DNA from: the human T2T-CHM13v2.0 reference genome, Homo sapiens
Direction: 5' to 3' (one strand)
Length of the DNA stretch: 64,000 nucleotides
NCBI RefSeq assembly: GCF_009914755.1
Contig: NC_060940.1
Below, in pieces: positions 1 through 24,269 of the stretch (the stretch's first letter is position 1; each line of letters begins with the position of its first letter). The position numbers and the translations under genes were made by a program. Under the pieces are notes generated by a model. The model was not told where the DNA came from, ran no database searches, and saw nothing but the letters and a program-made list of their open reading frames with translations.

Positions 1-98
1 GGGGCAGGGGTGGGTCAGGTGTGGAGCTGGACCTGGGACCGCCCACAAGACACCCTGATTTGGGGCATGTAGAGGAAGGGCTCTGCAGGCAAGCTCAC

Positions 99-894
99 CT
101 CCCCAGCGCAGCCCTCCTTCTGCATGTATTTGCGCACAATCGACCATATCTGGCACTTGGTGAGCAGCTGCCCCCCAGTGGCAGCCTCAAAGTGTTCATA
201 GGTTCCAAACTTCTCCAGAACAGCCTCAATGATGCCAACTGCCTGTACACGGGGCCACAGTGGCTGGTCAGGACAAGCCCCTTGGGTGGTCAGGGCCAGG
301 ATACGGTGGGGAGGCTGGACTGACCTGATGGATGAACTGTCCAGAGGCCTCGCAGTACTTTTCCAGCACAGCCGTGGGCATGGGCTCCTGGTACTCAAAC
401 TGTGGATTGTAGGTGTAATGGGACTGGAAGAACTTGTCTCGCTCACGGTCCATGTTGGTTGGCCGCAGGGCCACCAACATGCAGGGGCTCTTGCTGGCAA
501 TATGGCCTGCATCCCTTTGAGTCTTAGCAATGTGAGGCAGGGAGGCTGCAGGCCGCAGGGTGCCCCCACCTGGGTTCCGTCCCCGTCCAGGTGGAGGCCG
601 TCCCAGGGTGCCACGCCCCCGCCGGCCAGTACTATTTACAGAGTAGGTGCTCTCACTGCGACGCATGTGGCCACGGTGGCCCAGGAGCATCTGTGAGAAC
701 GGCTGCTGCTCAGGCTGGGGCTGCAGCGCTGGGGGGACTGCCAGAGCCAGGGGCAAGGCCAGGGACTGAGACCAGGGGTACAGTGGTGGCCCATCTCGGT
801 CTGAGGGCTTCAGCCTATGGCGCAGGGATGGGGGACTGGTAGGCGGGCTGGGGGGTGCCTGATCATACGCCTGAGCCCCTGAGTCCAGCACCAT
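99..894 (-). CDS. MATCAP1: Microtubule-associated tyrosine carboxypeptidase 1 (KIAA0895L), first two coding exons; gene continues left of the window
   Basis: ATG at 894 (MVLDSGAQAYDQAPP...). Coding exons 894-325 (190 codons) and 242-99 (48 codons, AVGIIEAVLEKFGTYEHF...) with GT/AG boundaries in phase 0. Protein recognised from memory. Confidence 0.93.
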
Positions 895-1139
895 TCTGTC
901 CTGGGGGTCACATCCAGCCGGGTCACTCCAACTCCCCACACTGTCGACCTCTGGGGACACAGAAGGGCATGTGGAGACCAGCATGAGTGGGTGTGACCAA
1001 ACGACCAGCAGGCCCTGTACTCCACATTGCCTCTGCTGGGCCCTTGGTGGGCCCAGGCTCTGCTACCAGGGGTCTGATTGGCTGCAGCGTCCATTGCCTC
1101 CAGCAGACTCACCCAAATATGCTGGGCCGGAAGAAAGCA

Positions 1140-1310
1140 CTTTTGTTTTCGTTTTTGTTTTTTGAGACAGGGTCTCACTCTGTTGCCCAAGGTGGAGTGC
1201 AGTGCAATGATCATAGCTCATTGCAGCCTCCAACTCCTGGCCTGAAGTGATCCTCCCGCCTCAGCCTCCCAAAGTGCTGGAATTAAATGCATGAGCCATC
1301 GCACCCAGCC
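1140..1310 (-). mobile_element. Alu monomer or partial Alu
   Basis: T-rich tail then GAGACAGGGTCTCACTCTGTTGCCC...CCCAAAGTGCTGG. Confidence 0.85.
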
Positions 1311-2251
1311 GAAAGCAAGAGTTTTAAACACCCACCTAGGTGGTGGTTACTGGAATCCTCTCAGCCTGAGCTCCTGAAGGCAAGGACTGAGCCCCTTACT
1401 CGTGATTCTAATCTCTGTGCTCACTCACTTAATCTGGGAGGTGGTACAGTGCAGCTTCAGCTGCCTGGGCAGATTAGGTAGGTGAGAAGACCTCAGGGAC
1501 TGCCTTCAGCCTATGGCATCTTCTCAGTGCCACCCCTGCCCATCCACCTGGCTTTACCCATATCCTCCTGCCTATTTGGCCTCAGTCAGTTTCAATGTTT
1601 GAGGGCCCCATGCTTACGCCGGTACCCCCCAGAATGCCCTCTCTCCTCTGAGCCATCTGTTGAAATCCAAATTAGAATCTGCTTTTGGGAAGCAGAAGGA
1701 AGCTTCAGCAAATCCAAGCCAATCTCTGGCTTGTCCCCTATCTGAGGGATCTTTCCAGTGGTCATCCAAAGCCAGTGTCAGGGCGCTCACCCCGACTCTG
1801 TTCCAGGACTCAGTCCAATCCCAACCCTCCCCAGAGACTACCTGGAGAGGCTCCAGCTGCTGAGCTCCCTTGCCTGCTCAGTGACTCACTTCCAGCATTT
1901 CTCCTCTCTCCTACATCATCAATCTCTTCCTCTCTACTGGACTCTTTCCATCAGGATAAACACATGCTGTTACTTCTCCATCTTAAAAAACAAAACAAAA
2001 CCCTCACTAGAACCCACACTCCTCCAGCTACAGCCCCGCTGCATCTCCCTCCACTTGCTCCTATTGCAGCACATACCTCGAGTCATCTATACCCAGTCTC
2101 CAGTTCCTTTTTTCCTGTTCTCTCTTAAATTCACTCCAATTAGCCTTTTGTTCCCAGCACTCCATCCAAATTGATCTGATCAAGGTCACCAATGACCAGC
2201 AATGACCTTCATATTGATCAGCACCCGATACAGTTAATCACTACCTCCTGG

Positions 2252-3305
<1,054 letters not shown>

Positions 3306-3869
3306 CAAGAGCTCTTCTTTCAGAACTAGAATTATTCCTTCCCTGCACTTTGCTTCCCTATCTAGACTTCATCTTCCCCCTCTCCACTCCTCTCTACCCT
3401 GCCTAATGACCAGCTGCTTGAAAAGACTTCAGGTCCCAGGCTTCACTCCCTTTAACTAACTGTACAGTTTTTTGGACTCCTCACCCCTTTACAGGTTTCT
3501 GCTTGGCCCAGTCCCCTCCATCTCCCCTTCTTTCATTCGACATACCTCCTCGAAATTACCAGAATACGCCTGTTTTTTTCACGTCTCGGGTCCTTCCGCC
3601 AAGAATGCCTTTGCAATATATTCCTGGAGCAAACTCTTAACCATTCTTCAAGGCTCAGTTTAGGCCTCACTTCCTCCAGGAAGCCTTCCCCGCGTCTAGT
3701 GTCCCACTGCTTCGGCGACTTCTTTACTCAGAGCTGTCACTGTTGGAGTCTAGGTCCGTGTCCTCCCACAATCCCCTGAACTCCCCGAAGGCAGGAATGG
3801 GGTCTGATTCACCCCCGTGTACCAAGCACCCAGCACTGGGTGCATAATGAATGAAGGATGGATGGGGGA

Positions 3870-4560
3870 GGAGCCCCCCACTATTAAGGCGGGGTCTAGT
3901 GACAAATGAGAGGGTGTGGCCTGTGCGGAGAGAAGCCCCGGAGAGGACAAGGTGAAGAGCCAATGGGGAACCAGAAATAGAGGAGGGGCGTGACCTGCAG
4001 CCAATAAGTGGTGGGGGATAAGGTGAAGGGCGTGCCCAATGGAGGGTGGGGCCAGGAGACAATGGAGTGGAGGCTTCTCCGGGAGATCAGGAAAGGTCGC
4101 GTCGCGCGCCTCCTCCCGGCCTTTGGGGGGGTCCGTCCGCGTGCCGTGCCCCCACCTGTTAGCTCCTCTGCTCGCCGCCCGCCGCTCCCGCTCTGCTACA
4201 CCGGCCACCGGACGCCCAGCCGGCGGGAGCCGTCGCCGATGACGTACGTCCTCGGGCGCGCGCACGCTCTTACGAAAGCGTGGGGCTTCGCGTCAGTCTC
4301 CGCGGCGGCGCGCCCCCGAGGCCACTGGGAGCGAAGCCAGGCAGGGTTGAGGGGGCGGTGTTCGTGGTCCTGGGCCCGCCCCCTTCCCAAGGCCACAGCG
4401 AGTTGCTGGGCTTCAGGGGCTCCAGGCGGCCAGGGCGGCGGAGACTCTTGCTCACGGCCTGGGCGCGGAGACGTGGGGGCGTAGCCCGCGGCCTCGGGAA
4501 CGCAGTCTGCACAGAGGGCAGATGCCTGCATAGGCGGGGCGCAGCCCGTGTACCAGGACG
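3870..4560 (-). promoter_or_regulatory. CpG-island promoter and probable non-coding first exon of MATCAP1
   Basis: Dense CpG. Minus-strand donor CAG|GTGGGG with exon end at 4156. CRE-like TGACGT at ~4240, GC boxes, CCAAT boxes at 3960, 4001 and 4036. Confidence 0.7.
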
Positions 4561-4620
4561 GGAGCCAGGATACTTTAAGCGTGTCACTCTGCAAGAATTC
4601 CCTCAACCCTCGTGGGCACT

Positions 4621-4626
4621 TTTATT
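4621..4626 (-). terminator. Polyadenylation signal of EXOC3L1
   Basis: AATAAA on the minus strand ~50 nt after the stop codon. Confidence 0.8.
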
Positions 4627-4677
4627 CCATCCCACCTTCCCCAACACACACAGACTCAGGCGTCCGGCAGCCGTGGT

Positions 4678-9960
<5,283 letters not shown>

Positions 9961-10254
9961 TGTGGGCCTGGAGGAGCCAGAGCTGAGGTGGGCCCGGGGC
10001 AAGCAGGCAGAGTAGATGCCCCTGTGAGCTGCTGCCTCTGTCTAAGCCCTTCTGAGAGGAGGAAGGAGGTTCTTCCCGGCCCCCTCGGGAAGTGAGAGGG
10101 AGCGGGTGTGATGCGGAGGGCACCTGGGAGGCTTTGCCTGCTAGGTTTCCCAGTCGTGCCCCTGCAGATGTCAAGCGAGACAGAGTGGGCACAGGCCTCC
10201 ACTGGACCCTGGTCCTGCTCTGAGCTGCACAGGACAGTTTGGTACAGAACTTAC

Positions 10255-10530
10255 CAGATTTGATCAGGCGTCCAGTTCTCCCTCCAAAAATGACCTTGGC
10301 CTTGAGAACAGCCCTCTCCCCAATGCAGCTGGGCACGCCTGCCACTTGCTCACAGGGCCTGGGCAACTCCAGCTGACTCCAGCGTGCAGCTGAATTCCTC
10401 TCCCCAAGGAAGTCTCTCTCCCACTCCCCACCCAGAAGCCCCTTCTTCCCACCGAGGCTCCTCCCTCCCCAAGGCCATCAACAGAAAGGAAGGAAGCTGA
10501 GTCTCTGGCATTTTATTCCCAACAGGAAAG
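10255..10530 (-). promoter_or_regulatory. Probable non-coding first exon and promoter of EXOC3L1
   Basis: Strong minus-strand donor TG|GTAAGT ending at 10255; AT-rich TATA-like AATAAAA near 10511-10517. Confidence 0.55.
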
Positions 10531-10865
10531 AGTGTCTGCACAGAGGGTGGGGACAGCTGGGCGACACTTCCCTGAGGGGCGGGGGGGTGGGGTGTACTTG
10601 TACTCAACCAGTCTTGACCAGCCTACCCAGAACCTCTTAGTGCTCAGGAGAGGAGATAGGGATTTGCTAGACTTGGCCTCAACCTGGGGTGGTGGGCAGA
10701 GTGTGCAGATATGGATGCAGACGACATCAACAGCACAGGATGAAAACTGTGTTGGCCAGCCTCTGAGGAGGATGTGTACCTCTGCGGAGGAGTGAGAGGT
10801 GGCAGGCTCTTGTGAAGAGGGGTGTGGTGGGGGGTGGTAGGAGAGGGTCATGAAAGCTGTGTTTA

Positions 10866-11635
<770 letters not shown>

Positions 11636-12339
11636 GTGTGGATCCCCAACAAACTTGCTGCAAAACCCTATCTCGAGTCCCATTTCCCAGAGGACCTGAT
11701 CTAAAAGAAACAATAATAAATAGTAACAATGTTAAAAGTTACAAAATGACCGTATCACACATTCCTGCATGCCAGGAATGACTGAGTGCTTTACTGATAT
11801 TTACACATAGGTAAACACGTTTGCATTGGCTGAAGTGTTCATAACCCCATAGTCTCTGAGCACTGTACTGTGAGGACAAGACGAGCGAAAGATGAGGCTA
11901 GGACCATGGGTGGAACAAGGTGGACAAGGTAGATATAGTTAGTGCTTGCTGTTTGGCAGGAAGTGAGGGATAGGAATAGATGGGGTGACCCCAAGACAGT
12001 AGGGCAGCCTTTAGGAACAGGTTTGATGTGGCAGTAAAATGAGTTTGAAATATATAAAAGAATAAATAAAGAGAAAAAAATGGAAAAGGAACAGGTTTGA
12101 GGGAGCAGATTGGATTAGTCAGGTAGTGTGGTCTCCTCTCCCAAGATGGGGACTAGGCAGAGTTAGTGATGTTGGGGCAGATTGGCAAGGAAAGTTCCGA
12201 TGGCGTCCCCTTCTCTACTGCCAGGGCGGCCCACTGACGCCCTTCTCATTCCTCCCCAACTTCATCCCAACTCCCCGGTCTACCCAGGTAGTTTTCGTCT
12301 TATTCGGAGGCTGGACATTTGCTACTGGTCCCTGAAGTT

Positions 12340-12511
12340 TTGCGGCTGCACCCACAGACAGCAATAGCGCCACGTTCCCTGGAAGGCGCACGGGACGGAA
12401 GCGGAAGCAGTAACGCTGGCTCCGGCTGCCCGGCGGCCAGGAACGGAAGCGGAAGTGGCGGCGGCGCCGGCCTGGCCTGGCCTGGCTGAGGGGAGGCGGC
12501 GGGCGGGCGCG
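12340..12511 (+). promoter_or_regulatory. E2F4 CpG-island promoter with tandem ETS/GABP sites
   Basis: Two CGGAAGCGGAAG pairs (~12396-12407 and ~12444-12456) in CpG-rich sequence just upstream of the ATG. Confidence 0.75.
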
Positions 12512-15500
12512 ATGGCGGAGGCCGGGCCACAGGCGCCGCCGCCCCCGGGCACTCCAAGCCGGCACGAAAAGAGCCTGGGACTGCTCACCACCAAGTTCGT
12601 GTCCCTTCTGCAGGAGGCCAAGGACGGCGTGCTTGACCTCAAGCTGGTGCGGCCTGGGCTAAGGGGAGACAAGGGAGGCTGGTGGACCAGGCCTGGGCCG
12701 GTAGCGGGAACCCCGGGGGCGGCCCAGCTGGGTCCTCCGAGAGCCGGCCGCCATCGTGTGCTTTCTCACAGGAGAGAAGCCGGGGGATGTTTCATTCATT
12801 CGGCCGAGGCCATCGAGCTACAGCTATGGGCCAGGCTCGGGCTGCAGGTGTTCGTCCTCGTGGCCCTTCCTGGCTGGCGAGGAGAAGAGCTGCCTATGGG
12901 ACAGAGCTGCGGTCCTGAGCTGCAGTAGCGCCTGGGAGGCACTACAGGGTTGGAATCCAGATTACTCCCTTCCCAGACCACGTCTCAGGGTGGCTGGGGG
13001 TACACCCCAGAGTGGGGCTGAGCATTCTCCATTCTCTCTGCCAGGCAGCTGACACCCTAGCTGTACGCCAGAAGCGGCGGATTTACGACATTACCAATGT
13101 TTTGGAAGGTATCGGGCTAATCGAGAAAAAGTCCAAGAACAGCATCCAGTGGAAGTGAGTGGGCATAGTGGGAGGGTAGTAGAGTCTCCCACCCAGAAGT
13201 GTCGGGCGTGGGGTGGAGGGTGCCGAAGAAGGCAGGGGCCATGGGACCCAGAGTTCTCAGCAGTCCCTCTCAGCCCCACTCCCTGGGCTCAGGGGTGTGG
13301 GGCCTGGCTGCAATACCCGGGAGATTGCTGACAAACTGATTGAGCTCAAGGCAGAGATCGAGGAGCTGCAGCAGCGGGAGCAAGAACTAGACCAGCACAA
13401 GGTGTGGGTGCAGCAGAGCATCCGGAACGTCACAGAGGACGTGCAGAACAGCTGATATCCTCCTGGCGGTCCCTGCTGGGGGGAGTGGGCAAGGGGCCCT
13501 CTGGTTCAACTTGCCCTGAGTCCTGTTCCTCTTGGGAGTTTGTCTTATAGCCACTGGCCATGGCCCAGCCTCAGGCTCCCTCCTCAGAGCCCCTCCCCTT
13601 CCACTCTTAGCCTGTGATCCCTCCCCCGGTGGACCTGAGTCCCCAGAACGGTCTCTGAGGGCCTGTGTGTCAGACCTTAGCTAAAGAATTGGGTCTTTTC
13701 TGTAGTCTGCCATCTGTCACCATAGGGCATCAGCCATTCTCCTTAACCCTCACACTTTGGCCTACGTCACTCATGAGGACATCTGCAGATGCTTTGCTGG
13801 TGAGCAGAGCCTGGGTAGGGGTAAGGGGGTGGGCTGGGCTCAGCCAAAGTCCTGAGCACTGGGCTCAGTGTCTTAGGAGAGTTCTGTCTCTTAAGAGGGT
13901 TTCTGGGGCCTGCTCAGAGAGGAACCAGGCAGGGTAAGTCTTCTGTCTGAGTGTCACTGGGACCCTGTGGAGGTCAGCTATACCAAAAGGGTACAGAAAT
14001 TCTGGAGTGGGTCCCTGGGTCTGTTCCCATCTCTACTGTTTCCTGGATTTGGCTTCTTGGGTATGATAGAGGCACAAGGGGGAGAGAGGGAGAGAGGATA
14101 TGTGTGTATTTGCTTGTGTGCAGGCTCTTACATGCAGGGCATGGGGGTGCCCACTTCCAACTTGTTAGTTTAGTTGCATTGTGAATACAGGATCTGTTCC
14201 TTTTTTTTTCTTTTTAAGAGATGGGCTCTTGCTGTGTTGCCCAGGCTGGTCTTGAACTCCTGAGCTCAAGCTGTCTTCCCTCCTCAACCCCCTAAAGTGC
14301 TGGGATTATGGGTGTGAGCCACTGTGCCCCGCTGATGTGTTTCTTCTCCATCTTGTATGCTCCTGACTGGTCATGGGAAAGGGATGTTGGCCTTGGCTAG
14401 AACACCCTCACCTAGGGATCAGCCATCGGTAGAGGAATGAGGTGCCTGTGGCCAGTGATCTTTCACTCCACATAATTGAACCCAGATTTCCTGGTTACTG
14501 ACCCTGGGCTCTCAGGAAGAGAAGAGCTTTAGCTCTGCCTGGCCACTATGGGGGATGGGTGAGGCCCACTGTCTAGTTCCTCAGGGACCGTGATCTCCTG
14601 CCTTGCTCCAAAAGGCAGGCACCTCTGTTCCCAGCTCAGATTGAGCCCATGGGCTCTGACCCATTCTCCATGTCATTCTAGGAGATACCCTCTTGGCCAT
14701 CCGGGCCCCATCAGGCACCAGCCTGGAGGTGCCCATCCCAGAGGTGGGTGCTTAGCCCAGGCAGGCGGGGTCAGCTGAGGGCGGGTGCTGGCTGTGGAGC
14801 CTGATAAGTCCTGGGTGGGGCAAGTAGGGGGAGGCCTGGAGTTTGGGGTTATCTAGGAGGATGGGCATCCTGGGTGGGAGAGGACACTGTGGTCCTGACC
14901 CGGAGTCGGGCAGGAGCCAAGCCTGCTTACAATTCTACCCATCTCCCATCCCTTACCACCCATCTCTAGGGTCTCAATGGGCAGAAGAAGTACCAGATTC
15001 ACCTGAAGAGTGTGAGTGGTCCCATTGAGGTTCTGCTGGTGAACAAGGAGGCATGGAGCTCACCCCCTGTGGCTGTGCCTGTGCCACCACCTGAAGATTT
15101 GCTCCAGAGCCCATCTGCTGTTTCTACACCTCCACCTCTGCCCAAGCCTGCCCTAGCCCAGTCCCAGGAAGCCTCACGTCCAAATAGTCCTCAGCTCACT
15201 CCCACTGCTGTCCCTGGCAGTGCAGAAGTCCAGGGAATGGCTGGCCCAGCAGCTGAGATCACAGGTGAGGCACCATGGGAGCTTGTGACAGAGGCCCAAG
15301 AGGTAGTATCTCTGTGTTGTGGAACACCATGCTCAGAGTTGGAAGAGACTCTTCAGGTTGGGGATTGTCCTTTTCCTGACCACCTAGCCTTCCCTTGCTA
15401 TGGTAATGAATGAGCCTTTTTTGTTTTTGTTTTTGAGACGGAGTCTCACTGTGTCCCCCAGGCTGGAGTGTGCAATGGCGCGATCTTGGCTCACTGCAAC

Positions 15501-16173
15501 CTCTGCCTCCCAAGCTCAAGAAATTTTCCTGCCTTAGCCTCCTGAGTAGCTGGGATTACAGGCGCCCACCATGCGCAGCTAATTCTCGTACTTCTAATAG
15601 AGATGGGGTTTCACCATGTTGGCCAGGCTGGTTTCGAACTCCTGACCTCAAATGATCTGCCTGCCTCGGCCTCCTGTAGTGCTGGGATTACAGGCTTGAA
15701 CCACCATGCCTGCCTGAATGGGCCCTTTTTAACAGGGAACCTCTGACTGTGGGAAGAGCCATTGCTGGTGGCAGTTTTCTCCCCCAGATCCACATCCACT
15801 GGTGTCTCAATTGCCCTGGTAGCCCGTCTTGAAGTATGGCCACAGCAGACATGTTGACCACGAGTCTTCTTCTGTAGGTCTTGTGTCCCTGTCTCCTGTG
15901 GTGACTAATTTCAGGTTACTTCCTCTGGGGGTGACTGGCAATGCCTAATTCTCCTTGGGTCTGGGAACCAGGCTTGTGGTCCTCCTGTGTCTGGGTTCCA
16001 GCACAGCCAGTTTCAACGACCTCTTCCTGACCTTGTATGACTGGGTTTGGGGGCTATCATTGTAGTGAGTGGCGGCCCTGGGACTGATAGCAAGGACAGT
16101 GGTGAGCTCAGTTCACTCCCACTGGGCCCAACAACACTGGACACCCGGCCACTGCAGTCTTCTGCCCTGCTGG

Positions 16174-16219
<46 letters not shown>

Positions 16220-18407
16220 TAACAGCAGCAGTTCGTCCGGACCCAACCCTTCTACCTCCTTTGAGCCCATCAAGGCAGACCCCACAGGTGGTGAGTACCT
16301 GCCCCCTGGGGGCAGAGAGAGAGAGTCTAGCCTCAGTCCAGTCCTAGGTCAGAAAACAGAATTGGGGATGGAACCCAGATCTCCTGTCAACCCTGCTGGA
16401 CACGAGAGCTCTCTGCCAGCACCTCTGGGTCAGTGCTGGTGCCCCCTCTAGCACCCCATCCTAGGCTAACACAGAACTCCCTGCCGTCTCTCAAGCCCTT
16501 TCCTGCCACCCCTTGGAGCACCGCCTCACTAATTGACACTTCTCTGTATCACTCTCTCTCATCTTCTCTGTCTCCTTTCTGTCTGGACTCCTTGAAAAAG
16601 TAATCTCCATTCATTAGTCTCCTAGTCACCTTTCAGGTTGCAGCAGTCACCCCCCCAGCCCCAGTGTTACAGCGGTGTTACTCTTGAGAAGCTGCCGAAG
16701 GCCTGCCGAGCCCAGCAGCCTCCAGCGTGTTTTGCTGGTGCTCTCTTGGTCTGTGTCAATATTCTTTCCTCCTTTGGCATCATGATGCCAGCTTTTGGCT
16801 CTCCTATCTCACTGGCTTCTTGAACTCTTCCCTGGCGTGTCCTTAAACATTGCTGTTTTTGAGGGCTCTGTCCCATTCCACTCCTGGAGAGGGCTGCAGC
16901 TCTGGGTGAACGAATCCCCAGCCTCCGCCTGGCCTAGATCTTTTCCCAATCTGCACACTTCGGTGTCCACCTGCCGTCCTGTGTACATCCAATGGACACT
17001 TTATTCCTGCATGTCCTCAACTGAACTTAGTTTCCTCCCGAAGCTTGCTTTCCACCTCTGCGCACCCAGCCGTCAGCCCTAGTTATCCAGGCCTGACCCT
17101 TGGCTCTCACTCTAGTTCTAGTTCCTTATCCCTCCTCCTTCTGCTGCCCACCCCATGCCAGCTAACTGAGGTCTGTCCCAGATGTCCCCTCCTATCCTCT
17201 GGTATCCTCAGCACTCAGGATGACCCCTGGCCACCTCTGTCCTGGATTCTTCAGCATCTTTCTCTTTACCCTGACTGACAGACTAATCTTTCTGAAATGC
17301 AGGCCTGACAGAAAAATGTGGCATTTCTCTGTTTGCAAAAGTACCTTTAATGGCTCCTTGAGGGCCACCAGATAAGATCTGAACTCCTGAGCCTGGCATG
17401 TGAAATCCCTCATAGTCCTCTCTGGTTGCATTTTCTTCTGCTTCCCCTGTGTCCTCCTGGCCAGAGGTTTGTAGTGGAGTCATCACCCTGTAGCGCCACC
17501 ACCTCTGCCTGGTGACCTGACCCAGGGTCTGGTCTCAGTCTTGCACAGAGCAGGTGCTCAGCAAGGGTGGGACAGATGGGGTACCTTCTGTCAGACAGGG
17601 GGTGCATGCTGAGCCCAGAAAGAGGCTTCTGTGGCCTTTCCGAGTTAGAAAAGCTGTACCAATCGCTTGCAGGGGGCCTTTGGTACCCTGGGCTCAGCAC
17701 TGAGGAATTCAGGTTTAGCAAGTGAGGCCAACAGACAGTGCCAGCTTGGCCTAGGCAGGACCTACATCTCCTTAGCTGTGTGGAGCCTCAGGGTGGGTGG
17801 TATAGGATCCGAGGAAGCCAGGGGGCTGTAGTGGGGCCAGGCTGGACCTCTGTGCCCTGAGCATGGCTTTCTTGTTTTTCAGTTTTGGAACTCCCCAAAG
17901 AGCTGTCAGAAATCTTTGATCCCACACGAGGTAGGCTGCTGCATTCCTCCCTGAGGCTAGGGGTAAGGGACACAGCTCATTGGGTCCTATGGCTGTTTTC
18001 TTGCCCTTTTGAGGACCTTGTTGTGGCGCTTATGGTAACTGGGGCAAAGGGTGAAGTTCCTGATGGGCAGGTGGGGTTCCCTTTCCTGGGCTTTGGTGGG
18101 TGGAGAGGTGGGAGCTGGAATGTTAGTAACTGAGCTCCCTCCATTCCCAGAGTGCATGAGCTCGGAGCTGCTGGAGGAGTTGATGTCCTCAGAAGGTGGG
18201 TGGCCCTGGAAGGTGGGAGTGGGTGTGGGCAGGGGTTGGGCTGCTGCTAGGGGAGCCCTGGCCCAGGGCCTGAGACTAGTGCTCTCTGCAGTGTTTGCCC
18301 CTCTGCTTCGTCTTTCTCCACCCCCGGGAGACCACGATTATATCTACAACCTGGACGAGAGTGAAGGTGTCTGTGACCTCTTTGATGTGCCTGTTCTCAA
18401 CCTCTGA
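12512..18407 (+). CDS. E2F4: Transcription factor E2F4, 10 exons, 413 aa
   Basis: Exons 12512-12646, 13045-13154, 13293-13454, 13756-13799, 14682-14743, 14970-15264, 16066-16290, 17883-17930, 18151-18195, 18292-18407; sum 1242 nt. Contains [10 protein letters not shown] and [12 protein letters not shown] (E2F DNA-binding domain) and the C-terminal [17 protein letters not shown] pocket-protein-binding motif. Confidence 0.99.
13455..13755 (+). other. U12-type (minor spliceosome) AT-AC intron in E2F4
   Basis: 5' ATATCCTC, branch site TCCTTAAC at 13740-13747, terminal AC at 13754-13755. Splicing here restores ...[14 protein letters not shown]... Confidence 0.95.
14200..14332 (-). mobile_element. 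FLAM-like Alu monomer in E2F4 intron 4
   Basis: Poly-T followed by a single Alu arm. Confidence 0.8.
15416..15714 (-). mobile_element. Alu in E2F4 intron 6
   Basis: Antisense dimeric Alu consensus. Confidence 0.9.
16176..16214 (+). repeat. Coding (AGC)13 trinucleotide repeat (polyserine) in E2F4 exon 7
   Basis: 39 nt of perfect AGC counted directly. Confidence 0.97.
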
Positions 18408-19179
18408 CTGACAGGGACATGCCCTGTGTGGCTGGGACCCAGACTGTCTGACCTGGGGGTTGCCTGGGGACCTCTCCCACCCGACCCCTACAGAGCTTGA
18501 GAGCCACAGACGCCTGGCTTCTCCGGCCTCCCCTCACCGCACAGTTCTGGCCACAGCTCCCGCTCCTGTGCTGGCACTTCTGTGCTCGCAGAGCAGGGGA
18601 ACAGGACTCAGCCCCCATCACCGTGGAGCCAAAGTGTTTGCTTCTCCCTTTCTGCGGCCTTCGCCAGCCCAGGCTCGGCTGCCACCCAGTGGCACAGAAC
18701 CGAGGAGCTGCCATTACCCCCCATAGGGGGCAGTGTCTTGTTCCTGCCAGCCTCAGTGTCTTGCTTCTGCCAGCTCCTTCCCCTAGGAGGGAAGGGTGGG
18801 GTGGAACTGGGCACATGCCAGCACCACTTCTAGCTTCCTTCGCTATCCCCCACCCCCTGACCCTCCAGCTCCTCCTGGCCCTCTCACGTGCCCACTTCTG
18901 CTGGGCCTTTAGCCCTAGAACCTGCAGGTGGTGGGGGCGGCTACCAAGAAGGAACAGAGGTCTCTGGGGAGGAGTCTGGGTGGTCCAGCCCTGATGATTG
19001 GCCCCACCTCCTGCTGCCCCATAACCCTCTCTTCATTTCGGCTTTTTCATTTACCCTCATTTAGAGCCATTTGCAGAGATTTAGAAAGATTTACAGTAAC
19101 GAATGGATTCCTATATAAAGATTATTTTTATACTTTTTGCAGCAAAAGGAAATTGTAATATTTGTACAGTGTTCAAGTG

Positions 19180-19185
19180 AATAAA
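19180..19185 (+). terminator. E2F4 polyadenylation signal
   Basis: AATAAA after an AU-rich 3' UTR tail with upstream TGTA motifs and downstream GT-rich sequence. Confidence 0.85.
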
Positions 19186-19610
19186 AACCATGCCTAAGGC
19201 TAGCTCTGATGTGGTTCTTTGGGGACCCTCCTTGGGACTGTGCTGGACTGGCAGTGTGATTGGGTGGGTCACCTTGCTGGAACTAGGGGTGGGGCGGCCT
19301 CCGGCAGCCTGCCCTCCCCGCCCCCACCTGCCGCACCTTGGTGTGGGGCGGGGCCGCCTCGGCGGGGCGGGGCAGGCGGAGCCGTCCTACCTTCCTACCC
19401 CCAGACTCCAACCCGGAACTAACCTCGGCTCCCTTGGGAAGGCCGCGTTGCATGGCCAGGAGCAGCAGTCTGGGCCGCGAGTGCGGGACACCGAGGTCAG
19501 GTCTCGGAAAGGGAGGACCTCCTCGTCCCCAGGGGCCCCAGGCCAGGTGCACCCTTGGCCGCAGGTGCACGGTCTCCGGAAAGTGCAGGCGCCCACGTCC
19601 CAGCTGGACC

Positions 19611-24161
<4,551 letters not shown>

Positions 24162-24263
24162 CAGTGTGGCTGGCCATGGGCCACAGCTGCGGCCACTGCA
24201 GCAGCCATGAAGGGCAGTGGGTAGAGGAGTGCAGGCACCCTGACCAGCAGAGATTGCTGCAGA

Positions 24264-24269
24264 AATAAA
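24264..24269 (+). terminator. ELMO3 polyadenylation signal
   Basis: AATAAA ~100 nt after the stop codon. Confidence 0.85.

Noticed and set aside
895-984. In-frame upstream ATG at 984 extending MATCAP1 by 30 aa
   Set aside because: A good acceptor (TTCTGTGTCCCCAG, exon start 950) lies between, so the ATG is probably intronic; cannot be resolved without transcript data.
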